Shown here piece by piece: positions 8,313-18,757 of a stretch of DNA of 64,000 bases (position 1 is the first letter of the stretch; every line of letters starts with the position of its first letter). The notes under the pieces are model-generated. The model was given only the letters and a program-made list of their open reading frames with translations, was not told the origin of the DNA and did no database searches. Source of the DNA: Polyangia bacterium (GTDB taxonomy: Bacteria > Myxococcota_A > Polyangia > JACRCY01); contig DASXVK010000718.1 in assembly GCA_036504295.1 (NCBI GenBank), positions 339 to 64,338 on the forward strand. The letters run 5' to 3'. The position numbers and the translations under genes were made by a program.

Positions 8313-9425
8313 GTGCTGAACTACATCGCCCTCGCGGTGCCGTTCTTCTTCGTGCTCATCGGCGGCGAGCTGCTCCTCGCGCGGCGCCGGGGCGTCGCGC
8401 TCTACCGCTTCGGCGACGCGATCACGGACCTGAGCTGCGGCGTGATGCAGCAGGTCGCGCTCGTCTTCTACGCGGCCTTCCTGCTCGGGGTGTACGTGCG
8501 GCTCTACGACGGCCACCGGCTGTTCACCTTCACCTCGAAGGGGTGGCCGTGGGTCATCGCGTTCGCCGCGGTCGACTTCCTCTACTACTGGTGGCACCGG
8601 GCGAGCCACCGGGTGAACGTGCTCTGGGCCGCCCACGTCGTCCACCACCAGAGCGAGGACTACAACCTCGCCGTCGCGCTCCGGCAGGCGATCCTCACCA
8701 GCTGGACCGGCATGCCGTTCTACCTGCCGCTCGCGCTCCTTGGCGTGCCGCCGCTCGTCTACGCGACGACGCAGGCGTTCTCGACGCTGTACCAGTTCTG
8801 GATCCACACGCGGCTCGTCGGCCCGGTGGGCGGCCCGCTCGGCTGGATCCTCAACCTCCCGGCGCACCACCGCGTGCACCACGCCGTCAACCCGCGCTAC
8901 CTCGACCGCAACTTCGGCGCGACCCTGATCGTCTGGGATCGGCTCTTCGGCACCTACGCCGACGAGACCGAGCCGCCGGTGTACGGGATCACCCACCCGC
9001 TCGGCAGCTACAACCCGCTCTGGGCCCAGACCCACTACCTCGTGGAGCTCGGGCGCACCGCGTGGGCCGCGCCTCGCCTCGCCGACAAGCTGCGCCTCTG
9101 GCTGATGCCGCCGGGCTGGGTCCCGGCGGGGCTGCCGCGCCGCCCCCACCGGCCGGGCGCCGCCCCCAACGACCCGCAGGTGAGCGGCGGGGTGAAGCTC
9201 TACGTGGCCGCGAACTTCGCCGCCGTCGTCGTGGTCGCCACGGTGCTGATGCTGCTGCAGGAGCGGCTGCCGCTGCTGCCGCGCGCCGGCCTGGCGCTGC
9301 TCGTCTTCGGCGCGCTCGTCACGCTCGGGGGGCTCCTCGAGCGCAAGCCCTGGGCGCGCCGGGCCGAGGCGCTGCGCCTCGCGCTCTCGGCCGCGGCCGC
9401 GCTGGCGCTCGCGGTCCTGCGTTGA
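8313..9425 (+). CDS. Fatty acid hydroxylase / sterol desaturase family membrane protein
   Basis: This is the last 370 aa of track ORF 6690..9425. His boxes are WWHRASH, HVVHHQSEDY and HHRVHH. The first usable start is GTG 8313. Extra C-terminal TM helices are present. Confidence 0.8.
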   Translation: MLNYIALAVPFFFVLIGGELLLARRRGVALYRFGDAITDLSCGVMQQVALVFYAAFLLGVYVRLYDGHRLFTFTSKGWPWVIAFAAVDFLYYWWHRASHRVNVLWAAHVVHHQSEDYNLAVALRQAILTSWTGMPFYLPLALLGVPPLVYATTQAFSTLYQFWIHTRLVGPVGGPLGWILNLPAHHRVHHAVNPRYLDRNFGATLIVWDRLFGTYADETEPPVYGITHPLGSYNPLWAQTHYLVELGRTAWAAPRLADKLRLWLMPPGWVPAGLPRRPHRPGAAPNDPQVSGGVKLYVAANFAAVVVVATVLMLLQERLPLLPRAGLALLVFGALVTLGGLLERKPWARRAEALRLALSAAAALALAVLR

Positions 9426-9434
9426 CGCGACCCG

Positions 9435-9938
9435 TCAGGCGGCCGTAGGTCGCGGGGGGCGCTCCGGGTGGCCGGCCCGCCTGAAGAGCGCGCCGTAGAT
9501 CATCGAGGCCACGCAGATGTGGGTCGTGGCGACGAGCACCATGAGCGCCGTGAGCACCCCGCCCAGCACGTAGCCGAGCGTCCGGGCGCCGGCCCCGAAG
9601 GCGAGCGCCGTGGCCGTGAGCCAGACCGCCGCGACGCCGCACGCGAAGCGCCGCGGCGGCCCGTTCGGGGGCAGCGGGCGAGTGCGCGTGAGCCGCCGCA
9701 GCCCGTAGTTGTAGATGAGGTCGAACGGGTGGAACGGCAGCACGGCCCCGAGCGCCGCGAGCGGCACCAGGGCCCACAGGACCGCGGGCGCGGCGAACAC
9801 GGTCGCGAGCCCGGTGATGACGGCGCAGAGCGCCGGTGAGAAGCGCATCCAGGGCTGGACCTCGGCCAGCGCCTCGTCGGGAAGGCCGACGAAGCCCTGG
9901 GTCTCCAGGCGAGCTCGGGTCGCAGACGAAACGGCCAT
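9435..9938 (-). CDS. Small membrane protein, DUF4395-like
   Basis: ATG 9938 is preceded by AAGGAG. It has four hydrophobic helices. The family call rests only on overall resemblance. Confidence 0.5.
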   Translation of the reverse strand: MAVSSATRARLETQGFVGLPDEALAEVQPWMRFSPALCAVITGLATVFAAPAVLWALVPLAALGAVLPFHPFDLIYNYGLRRLTRTRPLPPNGPPRRFACGVAAVWLTATALAFGAGARTLGYVLGGVLTALMVLVATTHICVASMIYGALFRRAGHPERPPRPTAA

Positions 9939-10100
9939 GACGTGCTCCTTGCGCGGCCGTCGCCCCTCCGATCCCTCTATATGCGGCCGGGCGAGGGCTC
10001 GTACCACGCTCGCCGTCGAACGGGAGGCAAGGCGCTGGCGTTGCCCCCGCGCAGTGTGCGAACCTCGGGCGAGGCGCGGCGCTCGCGCCGAGGAGGGCCT

Positions 10101-10511
10101 ATGAGAACCAGGTCTGCGCGGTGGTCAGTCGGCGTGTTCGCAGCGGCGCTGCTCGCCGGCGTCGCGCTGTGGCAGGCGGCGCCGCCCGCCGCGGCGAAGC
10201 GCGCCGATCCCGGACTCGCCCGCGTCGAGGCCGCGCGCGGCGCGTTCGCGGCGGTGCGCGCCCGCTACGCGGCCGGCATCGACTCGGCCGAGGCGGTCTA
10301 TGCGTGGTCGGTGCGCTGGCTGAAGTCCCAGCGGCCGCTGAGCGCGGACAAGGCGGCCGCCTTCCGGGATCACCTCGACCGCATGAAGGCCCTCGAGCAG
10401 GCGGCCGGGAAGCGCGTCGAGACCGGGCTCGCGTCGCCCGCGGAGAAGCATGGGACGGCCTACTACGTCGCCGAGGCCGAGGCGTGGGCGGCGCAGGGCG
10501 CGACCGACTAG
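10101..10511 (+). CDS. Secreted helical hypothetical protein
   Basis: ATG 10101 follows AGGAGG. The signal is MRTRSARWSVGVFAAALLAGVALWQAAPPAAA. Composition is protein-like, unlike the overlapping Arg-rich frame of track ORF 10121. Confidence 0.55.
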   Translation: MRTRSARWSVGVFAAALLAGVALWQAAPPAAAKRADPGLARVEAARGAFAAVRARYAAGIDSAEAVYAWSVRWLKSQRPLSADKAAAFRDHLDRMKALEQAAGKRVETGLASPAEKHGTAYYVAEAEAWAAQGATD

Positions 10512-10681
10512 CGCCGGCGCCGGCGCTGCCCGGGGCGCCGGCCGAGGCCGCGCTCCTCGCCGAGGTCGAGGCCTGGCGCGCCGACCTGGCCGCCCGCCTC
10601 GCGCGGCGCGAGCCCGCGCTGCCGGCGGCCCAGCTCGACGACCGGGTCCTCGGCGCCATCACCGCGCGCCTCCTCGCGCGG

Positions 10682-12559
10682 GTGCGCGCCGCCGGCCCGC
10701 GCCCCGCGCCCGAGGCGCTCGGCCGCGTGTACGAGCGGCTCCTCGACCGCGCCGTCGTCGTCGGCCCGGGCCGCCGCGTCCGCCTCGAGCCGCGGCCGGA
10801 GCGGCGCCAGCGCGGCGGGGTGTACTACACGCCGCCCGCCGTGGTCGCGGACGTCGTCGCACGGACGCTCGGGCCGCTGCTGGCCGGCCGCTCCGGGCGT
10901 GCGGCGGCCGGGCTGTGCGTCGTCGACCTCGCCTGCGGCGGCGGCGCGTTCCTGGTCGGGGCGCTGCGCCACCTGCTCGCCTGGCACCGCGATCGCGCCG
11001 TCGCCGAGCTGCCCCGGACCCGCGGCCGTCTCGTCAGGGATGCCGGCGGCGCCTGGCGGCTCACCCGGGCCGCGCGCCTGCGCGTGCTGCGCGCGCACGT
11101 CTACGGCGTCGACCTCGACCCCCGGGCCGTCGCGGTGAGCCGGCTCGCGCTGCTGCTCGCCGCCCTCGACGGCGACCCCGCCCCGCGCGCCCTGCCGGAC
11201 CTCGCGGCGAACCTCGTCTGCGGCAACGCGCTCCTCGGCCCCGACTTCGCCGCCGCGCCCGCGACGCGGCGCGCCGCGCGGCCGCTCGACCTCCGCGCCG
11301 CCTTCCCCGCCGCCTTCCGCCGGGGCGGGTTCGACGCCGCGATCGGCAACCCCCCGTACCTCGACGCGGAGCTGATGAGCGCCCGCCTCCCGGGCTGGCG
11401 CGCCTACTGCGCCGGGCGCTACGCGGCGGCCACCGGCAACTGGGACGCCTTCTGCGTCTTCGCCGAGCGCGCGGTCGAGGTCCTGCGCGAAGGCGGCCGC
11501 GCGGGCCTGGTCGTGCCCAACAAGCTCCTCGCCGCGGACTACGCCGCCGGGGCGCGGCACGTGCTGGCGGGCCGCAACACCCTCCTCGCGGTCCGCGACT
11601 ACGCGGCCGTGAAGCTCTTCGCCGCGGCCGTGTACCCGGTCGTCGTCGTCGCCCGCCGCGGCGCCCCCGGCCGCCGCCCCCGGCCGGTCCGCTGCGAGCG
11701 CATGGCGCCGGCGCCGGGCGGCGGCACGCTCGTGGCCGAGGCGCGCGAGGTCGCGTACGCGGCCTGCTGCGGCGACGCCCGCCGCCCCTGGCGGCTCTTC
11801 GGCGACGCCTCGGAGCGCGGGCTCTGTGCGCGCATGCGGGCGCTCGGCACGCCGCTCGACCGGGTGGCGACCGTGCTCGGGGCCGCGACCGTGAGCGAGG
11901 CGTACGCGATCCGGCCGCTCGTCGGTGAGGACGACGGCGCGCCGGGGGGGCTCCGGCTCGTCAACAGCGGCACCATCGATCGGTACGTGAGCCTCTGGGG
12001 CGAGCGGCCCTGCCGCTACCTCGGCGCGTCCTTCGCCCGGCCGGTGGTCGCGCGGGCGCGCCAGGCGGCGCTCCCGCCAGCGCGCCTGCAGCAGGCGCTG
12101 CGGCCGAAGCTCGTCGTCGCCGGCCTGACCCGCGTGCTCGAGTGCTTCGGCGACGAGCGCGGCGGCTGGCTGGCCGGCAAGTCGACCAGCGTCGTGCTGC
12201 CGGCGGTCGACTTGCGCTACCTGCTCGGGCTGCTCAACAGCCGGCTGCTCACGTTCTACGTCCTCGCCGAGCTCGGCGGCAACCGCCTGCAGGGCGGGTA
12301 CCTGCGGCTCGGCCCCCCGCAGCTCCGGACGCTGCCCATCATCGCGCCGGGCGACGCGACGCTGCGGGCCGAGATCATCGCGCTCGTCACTCGGCGCCAC
12401 GCCCAGCCGGCCCTCGACCGCCAGATCGACGACGCCGTCTACCGCCTCTACGGCGTCAGCCCCGCGGAGCGCGCGGCGGTCGAGGCCGCCTACGCCGCCG
12501 CGGTGCGGCCGCCGCCCGCGCCGCACTGGCGCGGCGCGTCGGGCGCTGTAGGATTGTAG
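10682..12559 (+). CDS. Eco57I/TaqI-type gamma-class N6-adenine DNA methyltransferase with a TaqI-like C-terminal target-recognition domain
   Basis: Motif I is VVDLACGGGAFL and motif IV is IGNPPY. GGVYYTPP is upstream, and the C-terminus has LLGLLNSRLLTFY...GGYLRLGPPQLRTLPI. The frame is open from 10508, but the first ATG/GTG/TTG after the upstream gene's stop is GTG 10682. The true start is therefore unresolved (see finding). Confidence 0.75.
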   Translation: MRAAGPRPAPEALGRVYERLLDRAVVVGPGRRVRLEPRPERRQRGGVYYTPPAVVADVVARTLGPLLAGRSGRAAAGLCVVDLACGGGAFLVGALRHLLAWHRDRAVAELPRTRGRLVRDAGGAWRLTRAARLRVLRAHVYGVDLDPRAVAVSRLALLLAALDGDPAPRALPDLAANLVCGNALLGPDFAAAPATRRAARPLDLRAAFPAAFRRGGFDAAIGNPPYLDAELMSARLPGWRAYCAGRYAAATGNWDAFCVFAERAVEVLREGGRAGLVVPNKLLAADYAAGARHVLAGRNTLLAVRDYAAVKLFAAAVYPVVVVARRGAPGRRPRPVRCERMAPAPGGGTLVAEAREVAYAACCGDARRPWRLFGDASERGLCARMRALGTPLDRVATVLGAATVSEAYAIRPLVGEDDGAPGGLRLVNSGTIDRYVSLWGERPCRYLGASFARPVVARARQAALPPARLQQALRPKLVVAGLTRVLECFGDERGGWLAGKSTSVVLPAVDLRYLLGLLNSRLLTFYVLAELGGNRLQGGYLRLGPPQLRTLPIIAPGDATLRAEIIALVTRRHAQPALDRQIDDAVYRLYGVSPAERAAVEAAYAAAVRPPPAPHWRGASGAVGL

Positions 12560-12605
12560 CGCTGCAGCGGCAAAGTCAGTCTTCCTATCGATCGGAGGTC
12601 ATGTC

Positions 12606-15344
12606 GTGGCCGCTCAAGAGCCCCCGCCCCTCGTCGCCGATGCCGCCCAGGCCGCCCTCGCCAACCCGGCCCTCATCGACGAGCTGCACACGCTGTGGCG
12701 TGAGCGCCCGACCTCGGTCAGCCCCGAGTGGCAGCTCTTCTTCGCCGGCTTCGAGCTGGCCACCTGCCCGCGGCCGTGCGAGGCCGGCGATCAGGCCCAC
12801 GACCAGTCGCAGGTCGCGAGCCTCATCTACGCCTACCGCAGCCAGGGGCACCTCATCGCGCGCATCGACCCGCTCAGCGACGGCCCGCGCAGCCACCCGG
12901 CGCTCGCCCTCGAGACCTTCGGCCTGACCGAGGCCGACCTCGACCGGGTCTTCGACACCGGCCACCTCGGCGGCCCCGCGCGCGCGACGCTGCGTGAGAT
13001 CATCGGCATCCTGCAGGACACCTACTGCCGCTCGATCGGCGTCGAGTACCTCCACATCCAGGACCTGCGGCTCCGGCGCTGGCTGCAGGCGCGCATGGAG
13101 CCCGATCGCAACCGGCCGGTCTTCGGCCGCGAGAAGCAGCGCGAGACCCTCGCCTGCCTCGTCGACGCGGAGCTCTTCGAGACCTTCCTGCAGAGCCGCT
13201 ACCCGGGCCAGAAGCGCTTCTCGCTCGAGGGCGCCGAGGCGCTCATCCCCGCGCTCCACGCCATCGTCGAGCGGGCGCCCGAGGTCGGGGTCGAGGAGCT
13301 GGTGCTCGGCATGACGCACCGCGGCCGGCTCAACGTGCTCGCGAACATCCTCGACAAGTCGTACGCGATGATCTTCTCGGAGTTCGAGGACGCGTTCCTG
13401 CCCGGCAGCTACGGCGGCGACGCCGACGTCAAGTACCACAAGGGTTATCACAGCGTGCACAAGAACGTGCACGGCAAGGACCTGCAGATCAGCCTCACCT
13501 CCAACCCCAGCCACCTCGAGGCGGTCGACCCGGTCGTGCTGGGCCGCGTGCGCGCCAAGCAGCGGCGCGAGGGCGACACCAAGGAGCGGCGCGAGGTGAT
13601 CCCGCTCCTCATCCACGGCGACGCCGCGTTCGCCGGGCAGGGCATCGTCGCCGAGACGCTCAACCTCTCGCAGCTCGACGGCTACCGCGTCGGCGGGACC
13701 ATCCACCTCGTCGTCAACAACCAGATCGGCTTCACGACCACGCCGCGCGAGGGCCGCTCGACGGTGTACGCCACGGACGTGGCGAAGATGGTCGAGGCGC
13801 CCATCTTCCACGTGAACGGCGACGATCCCGAGGCCGTCGTGCACGTGGCCGAGCTGGCGCTCGAGTTCCGCCAGACCTTCGGTCGCGACGTCGTCATCGA
13901 CATGCTGTGCTACCGGCGCTGGGGCCACAACGAGGCCGACGAGCCCGCCTTCACCCAGCCGGTGCTCTACCGCAAGATCAAGGATCGGCCGTCGGTGCGC
14001 AAGCTCTACACGGCGCGGCTCGTCGAGGGCGCGGCGCTGTCGCGGGCCGAGGAGGAGGACCTGGCCGCGCGCTTCCAGCAGCGGCTGCAGGACGCCTTCG
14101 AGCAGGTGCGCACCTACCACCCGGTCCCCGAGGTGACCGCCTTCACGAGCCTGTGGACCGGGCTCAAGGTGCCCTACTCGCACGAGCCGGCGCCGACGGC
14201 GGCCACGCACGCGACCCTGTGCGAGGTGGCGCGCGCGATGACCACGGTGCCCGACGGGTTCGCGCTGAACCCGAAGGTCGCGCGCCGCCTGCCCGAGGTG
14301 CGCAAGGCCGTCGAGGAGCACGGCACGATCGACTGGGGCGCGGCGGAGCTGCTCGCCTTCGGCAGCCTGCTCGACGACGGGCTGCCGGTGCGCCTCTCGG
14401 GCCAGGACTCGACGCGCGGCACTTTCTCGCACCGCCACGCGGTGTGGCACGACACGGCGTCGCAGGAGCCCCACGTGCCGCTCAACCACATCCGCCCGGG
14501 GCAGGCCAAGTTCTGCGTCTACAACAGCCTGCTCTCCGAGGCGGCGGTGCTCGGGTTCGACTACGGCTACTCGCTGGCCGAGCCCTACATGCTCGTTGTC
14601 TGGGAGGCGCAGTTCGGCGATTTCGCCAACGGCGCGCAGGTGATCATCGACCAGTTCCTGACGAGCTCGCTGGCCAAGTGGCAGCGGTCGAGCGGCCTGG
14701 TGATGCTGCTGCCCCACGGCTACGAGGGGCAGGGGCCCGAGCACTCGAACGCCTACCTCGAGCGCTACCTCGCCGCCTGCGCCGAGGACAACATCCAGGT
14801 CGTGAACCTCACCACGCCGGCGCAGTACTTTCACGCGCTGCGGCGCCAGCTCAAGCGGCCGTTCCGGCGGCCGCTGGTCGTGATGGCGCCGAAGAGCCTG
14901 CTGCGCCACCCGCAGTGCGTCTCGCCGGTCGACGAGCTCAGCGAGGGGCGCTTCCACGAGGTGCTCGATGACCCGGCGGCGCCAGAGGCGGCGCGGCGCC
15001 TCGTCCTGTGCAGCGGCAAGGTGTACTACGACCTCGCCGCGCGGCGCGACCGCGACAAGGTCGAGGGCGTCGCGCTCGTGCGGATGGAGCAGCTCTATCC
15101 CTGGCACGCCGCGCGGATGCGGGCGCTCGTGGACCGCTACGCGAGCGCGGCCGAGATCGTCTGGGCGCAGGAGGAGAGCCAGAACCGCGGCGCCTGGACC
15201 TACATGTTCCCGCGGCTGCTCGAGCTCTTCCCGGGCAAGCCGATCCGCTACGCCGGCCGCCCGCCGGCGGCGAGCCCGGCCACCGGGTCGCACGCGGTGC
15301 ACGTGCGCGAGCAGGACAAGCTCGCGCGCGAGGCGCTCGGGTGA
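12606..15344 (+). CDS. sucA: 2-oxoglutarate dehydrogenase E1 component
   Basis: The 912-aa ORF has GTG at 12606, 7 nt after GGAGG. It shows full-length resemblance to SucA (for example YCRSIGVEYLHI, LVVNNQIGFTT, WEAQFGDFANGAQ). Confidence 0.95.
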   Translation: MAAQEPPPLVADAAQAALANPALIDELHTLWRERPTSVSPEWQLFFAGFELATCPRPCEAGDQAHDQSQVASLIYAYRSQGHLIARIDPLSDGPRSHPALALETFGLTEADLDRVFDTGHLGGPARATLREIIGILQDTYCRSIGVEYLHIQDLRLRRWLQARMEPDRNRPVFGREKQRETLACLVDAELFETFLQSRYPGQKRFSLEGAEALIPALHAIVERAPEVGVEELVLGMTHRGRLNVLANILDKSYAMIFSEFEDAFLPGSYGGDADVKYHKGYHSVHKNVHGKDLQISLTSNPSHLEAVDPVVLGRVRAKQRREGDTKERREVIPLLIHGDAAFAGQGIVAETLNLSQLDGYRVGGTIHLVVNNQIGFTTTPREGRSTVYATDVAKMVEAPIFHVNGDDPEAVVHVAELALEFRQTFGRDVVIDMLCYRRWGHNEADEPAFTQPVLYRKIKDRPSVRKLYTARLVEGAALSRAEEEDLAARFQQRLQDAFEQVRTYHPVPEVTAFTSLWTGLKVPYSHEPAPTAATHATLCEVARAMTTVPDGFALNPKVARRLPEVRKAVEEHGTIDWGAAELLAFGSLLDDGLPVRLSGQDSTRGTFSHRHAVWHDTASQEPHVPLNHIRPGQAKFCVYNSLLSEAAVLGFDYGYSLAEPYMLVVWEAQFGDFANGAQVIIDQFLTSSLAKWQRSSGLVMLLPHGYEGQGPEHSNAYLERYLAACAEDNIQVVNLTTPAQYFHALRRQLKRPFRRPLVVMAPKSLLRHPQCVSPVDELSEGRFHEVLDDPAAPEAARRLVLCSGKVYYDLAARRDRDKVEGVALVRMEQLYPWHAARMRALVDRYASAAEIVWAQEESQNRGAWTYMFPRLLELFPGKPIRYAGRPPAASPATGSHAVHVREQDKLAREALG

Positions 15345-15415
15345 GCGGGCGGGGGGTGTCCCCGCCCGCCCGGAGTCGCTAAGGTAGGCCACACGCCGGC
15401 CCGCTGCGGCCGGCG
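15345..15415 (+). other. Two GC-rich stem-loops in the sucA-sucB spacer
   Basis: GCGGGCGGGG-ggtgt-CCCCGCCCGC lies at 15345..15369, directly after the sucA stop. CGCCGGCC-cgctgc-GGCCGGCG lies at 15394..15415. There is no T-tract, so it is more likely an mRNA-stability or processing structure than a terminator. Confidence 0.35.
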
Positions 15416-15432
15416 CACCAGTCGAGGAGCAC

Positions 15433-16890
15433 ATGCGCGTCGATGTGACGGTACCGCCGGTCGGGGAGTCCATCACCGAGGGGGTCCTCGCGGAGTGGCT
15501 GAAGGGCGAGGGGGACCTGTGCCAGGTGGACGAGCCGCTCTATACGCTCGAGACCGACAAGGTCACGATGAACATCAACGCCGTCGCCGCCGGCCGGCTG
15601 CACATCACGGTGGCCGCCGGCGCGACGGTGACGATCGGGCAGACCGTGGGCGCCATCGACACGGCGGCGACGAGCGCCGCGGCGCCGGCCCCGGCGCGGC
15701 CGGCGGCGCCGCCCGCGGCCACCGCCCCCGCGCCCGCCGCGGCGCCCCCGCCCGCCCCGCCGCAGCCCCCGGGGCCGCCGATCACGCCGCCCGCGGGTCT
15801 GCCGCAGGCGCGCGCCAAGGCGCAAGGCGAGCGCGCGCTCTCGCCGGCGGTCAGGCGGGTGGTCGAGGAGCTGAAGCTCGACCCGCACGCCGTGCCCGCG
15901 ACGGGCAAGGGCGGCCGGCTGACGAAGGAGGACGTGCTGCGCGCCGCCGCCGGCGGCGGCGCCGGGGTCCCGACCGGCCCGGGCGCCGCGCCCGATGCAC
16001 CGACGGCGCAGGGCGGCGCCGCCGGCCCCGCCACCGCGGCCACCGAGGCCGAGGCGGCGCCGGCCTCGACGCACGTCGGGGCGGGCGCGGCCCCGGCCCC
16101 GGCCGCCTCCGCCGCGCCCGCGTTGGCCCTGCCGCGGCCGTCGGGCGACGGCGCCGGCGCGGCCGCGCCCGCGCCGGCCGGCGCCCCCGGCGCGCGGCAG
16201 ACCCGCACCCCGCTCACCCCGCTGCGCGCGCGCATCGCCGAGCGCCTCCTCGCGGCCAAGAACCAGACGGCCATGCTCACCACCTTCAACGAGGTGGACA
16301 TGACCAACGTGATGGCGCTGCGGGCCCAGTACCGCGACGCCTTCAAGCAGAAGCACGGCATCGACCTCGGCTTCATGTCGTTCTTCCTCAAGGCCGCCGT
16401 CGACGCGCTCAGGACCGTGCCCGAGGTGAACTCCCAGATCCAGGGCGACGAGCTGGTGCGCAACCACTACTACGACCTCGGCGTCGCCGTGAGCACCGAG
16501 CGGGGCCTGGTGGTGCCCGTCGTGCGCGACGTCGACCGGCTCTCCTACGCCGGCGTCGAGCACGCGATCGCCGAGCTGGCCCGCAAGGTGCGCGAGCGCA
16601 CCATCTCGCTCGCCGAGCTCAGCGGCGGGGTCTTCACCGTCACGAACGGCGGCATCTACGGCAACCTGCTGTCGACGCCGATCCTCAATCCGCCGCAGAG
16701 CGCGATCCTCGGCATGCACGCCATCAAGAAGCGGCCGATCGCGGTCGGCGACGCCGTGGTCGTGCGCCCGATGATGTACCTGGCCGTGTCCTACGATCAC
16801 CGCGTGATCGACGGCCGCGAGGCCGTGACCTTCCTCAAGCGCATCGTCGCCGTCATCGAGAACCCCGACCGCATGATGCTGGAGATCTGA
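15433..16890 (+). CDS. sucB: Dihydrolipoyllysine-residue succinyltransferase (E2)
   Basis: It has a lipoyl domain with [11 protein letters not shown] and an E3-binding motif [16 protein letters not shown]...[11 protein letters not shown]. The catalytic motif is [11 protein letters not shown]. The Ala/Pro linkers are long. Confidence 0.9.
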   Translation: MRVDVTVPPVGESITEGVLAEWLKGEGDLCQVDEPLYTLETDKVTMNINAVAAGRLHITVAAGATVTIGQTVGAIDTAATSAAAPAPARPAAPPAATAPAPAAAPPPAPPQPPGPPITPPAGLPQARAKAQGERALSPAVRRVVEELKLDPHAVPATGKGGRLTKEDVLRAAAGGGAGVPTGPGAAPDAPTAQGGAAGPATAATEAEAAPASTHVGAGAAPAPAASAAPALALPRPSGDGAGAAAPAPAGAPGARQTRTPLTPLRARIAERLLAAKNQTAMLTTFNEVDMTNVMALRAQYRDAFKQKHGIDLGFMSFFLKAAVDALRTVPEVNSQIQGDELVRNHYYDLGVAVSTERGLVVPVVRDVDRLSYAGVEHAIAELARKVRERTISLAELSGGVFTVTNGGIYGNLLSTPILNPPQSAILGMHAIKKRPIAVGDAVVVRPMMYLAVSYDHRVIDGREAVTFLKRIVAVIENPDRMMLEI

Positions 16891-16891
16891 G

Positions 16892-18286
<1,395 letters not shown>

Positions 18287-18334
18287 GGGAGCGCGGCGGC
18301 GGCGCAGCCGCCCTGTGGCGCAGCCTGCCGTGCT

Positions 18335-18469
18335 TCCGCCCGGCGGATGCAGTCCGCAAGCCTCTCCGAAACGATGTGCCGCGCAACTTCCCCAAAGGGG
18401 AAGTCCTCGCCGACATCCGTCTCCGATGTGGGTCACAACTTCCCCATCCGGGAAGTCCGGTGCCACATC
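18335..18469. repeat. Cluster of three REP-like hairpins with a CTTCC(G/C)C ... G(C/G)GGAAG core
   Basis: TCCGCC-c-GGCGGA lies at 18335..18347. ACTTCCCC-aaa-GGGGAAGT lies at 18386..18404, nested in GATGT...ACATC (18373..18417). ACTTCCC-catcc-GGGAAGT lies at 18438..18456, nested in GATGTGG...CCACATC (18425..18469). The last two form a tandem about 52-bp unit. Confidence 0.55.
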
Positions 18470-18552
18470 GTCTTCGCCGAGCCGATCGGCACGCAATCCT
18501 CGCGGCGTGATCGGGATTGACGCGGGCCCGCGGCGCGCGTCAGGCTGCGGGG

Positions 18553-18735
18553 ATGGAGGTGCTCCTGCTCGGCGACCCGCGCCTGCGCGAGGTCGCGCGC
18601 GACGTCCCGCGGCCGGATGACCCCGAGGTCCGCGCCGCGGCCGCACGCATGCAGGCGACGCTCGCGGCCTTCCGCGCGCGGCACGGCTTCGGCCGCGCCA
18701 TCGCGGCGCCGCAGATCGGCGCGCCGCTGCGCTGA
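18553..18735 (+). pseudogene. def: Peptide deformylase N-terminal fragment (about 60 codons only)
   Basis: MEVLLLGDPRLREVARDV...FRARHGFGRAIAAPQIGAPLR then TGA. This matches the PDF N-terminus through the GxGxAAPQIG motif. The EGCLS and HExxH motifs are missing. The next 22 nt lead straight into the 3' end of the convergent giant gene. Confidence 0.6.
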
Positions 18736-18757
18736 TATGTGAGGCGGGACGCGCGCG

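Noticed and set aside
10121-10681. GTG 10121 as the start of the methyltransferase (812-aa track ORF).
   Set aside because: The first about 130 codons are poly-Arg-like and overlap the better-supported secreted-protein gene 10101..10511 in another frame.
10101-12559. A restriction-modification or BREX-like defence locus around the methyltransferase.
   Set aside because: No nuclease, helicase, PglZ or specificity-subunit gene lies on either side. The neighbours are a small secreted protein and sucA. It is therefore reported only as an orphan methylase.
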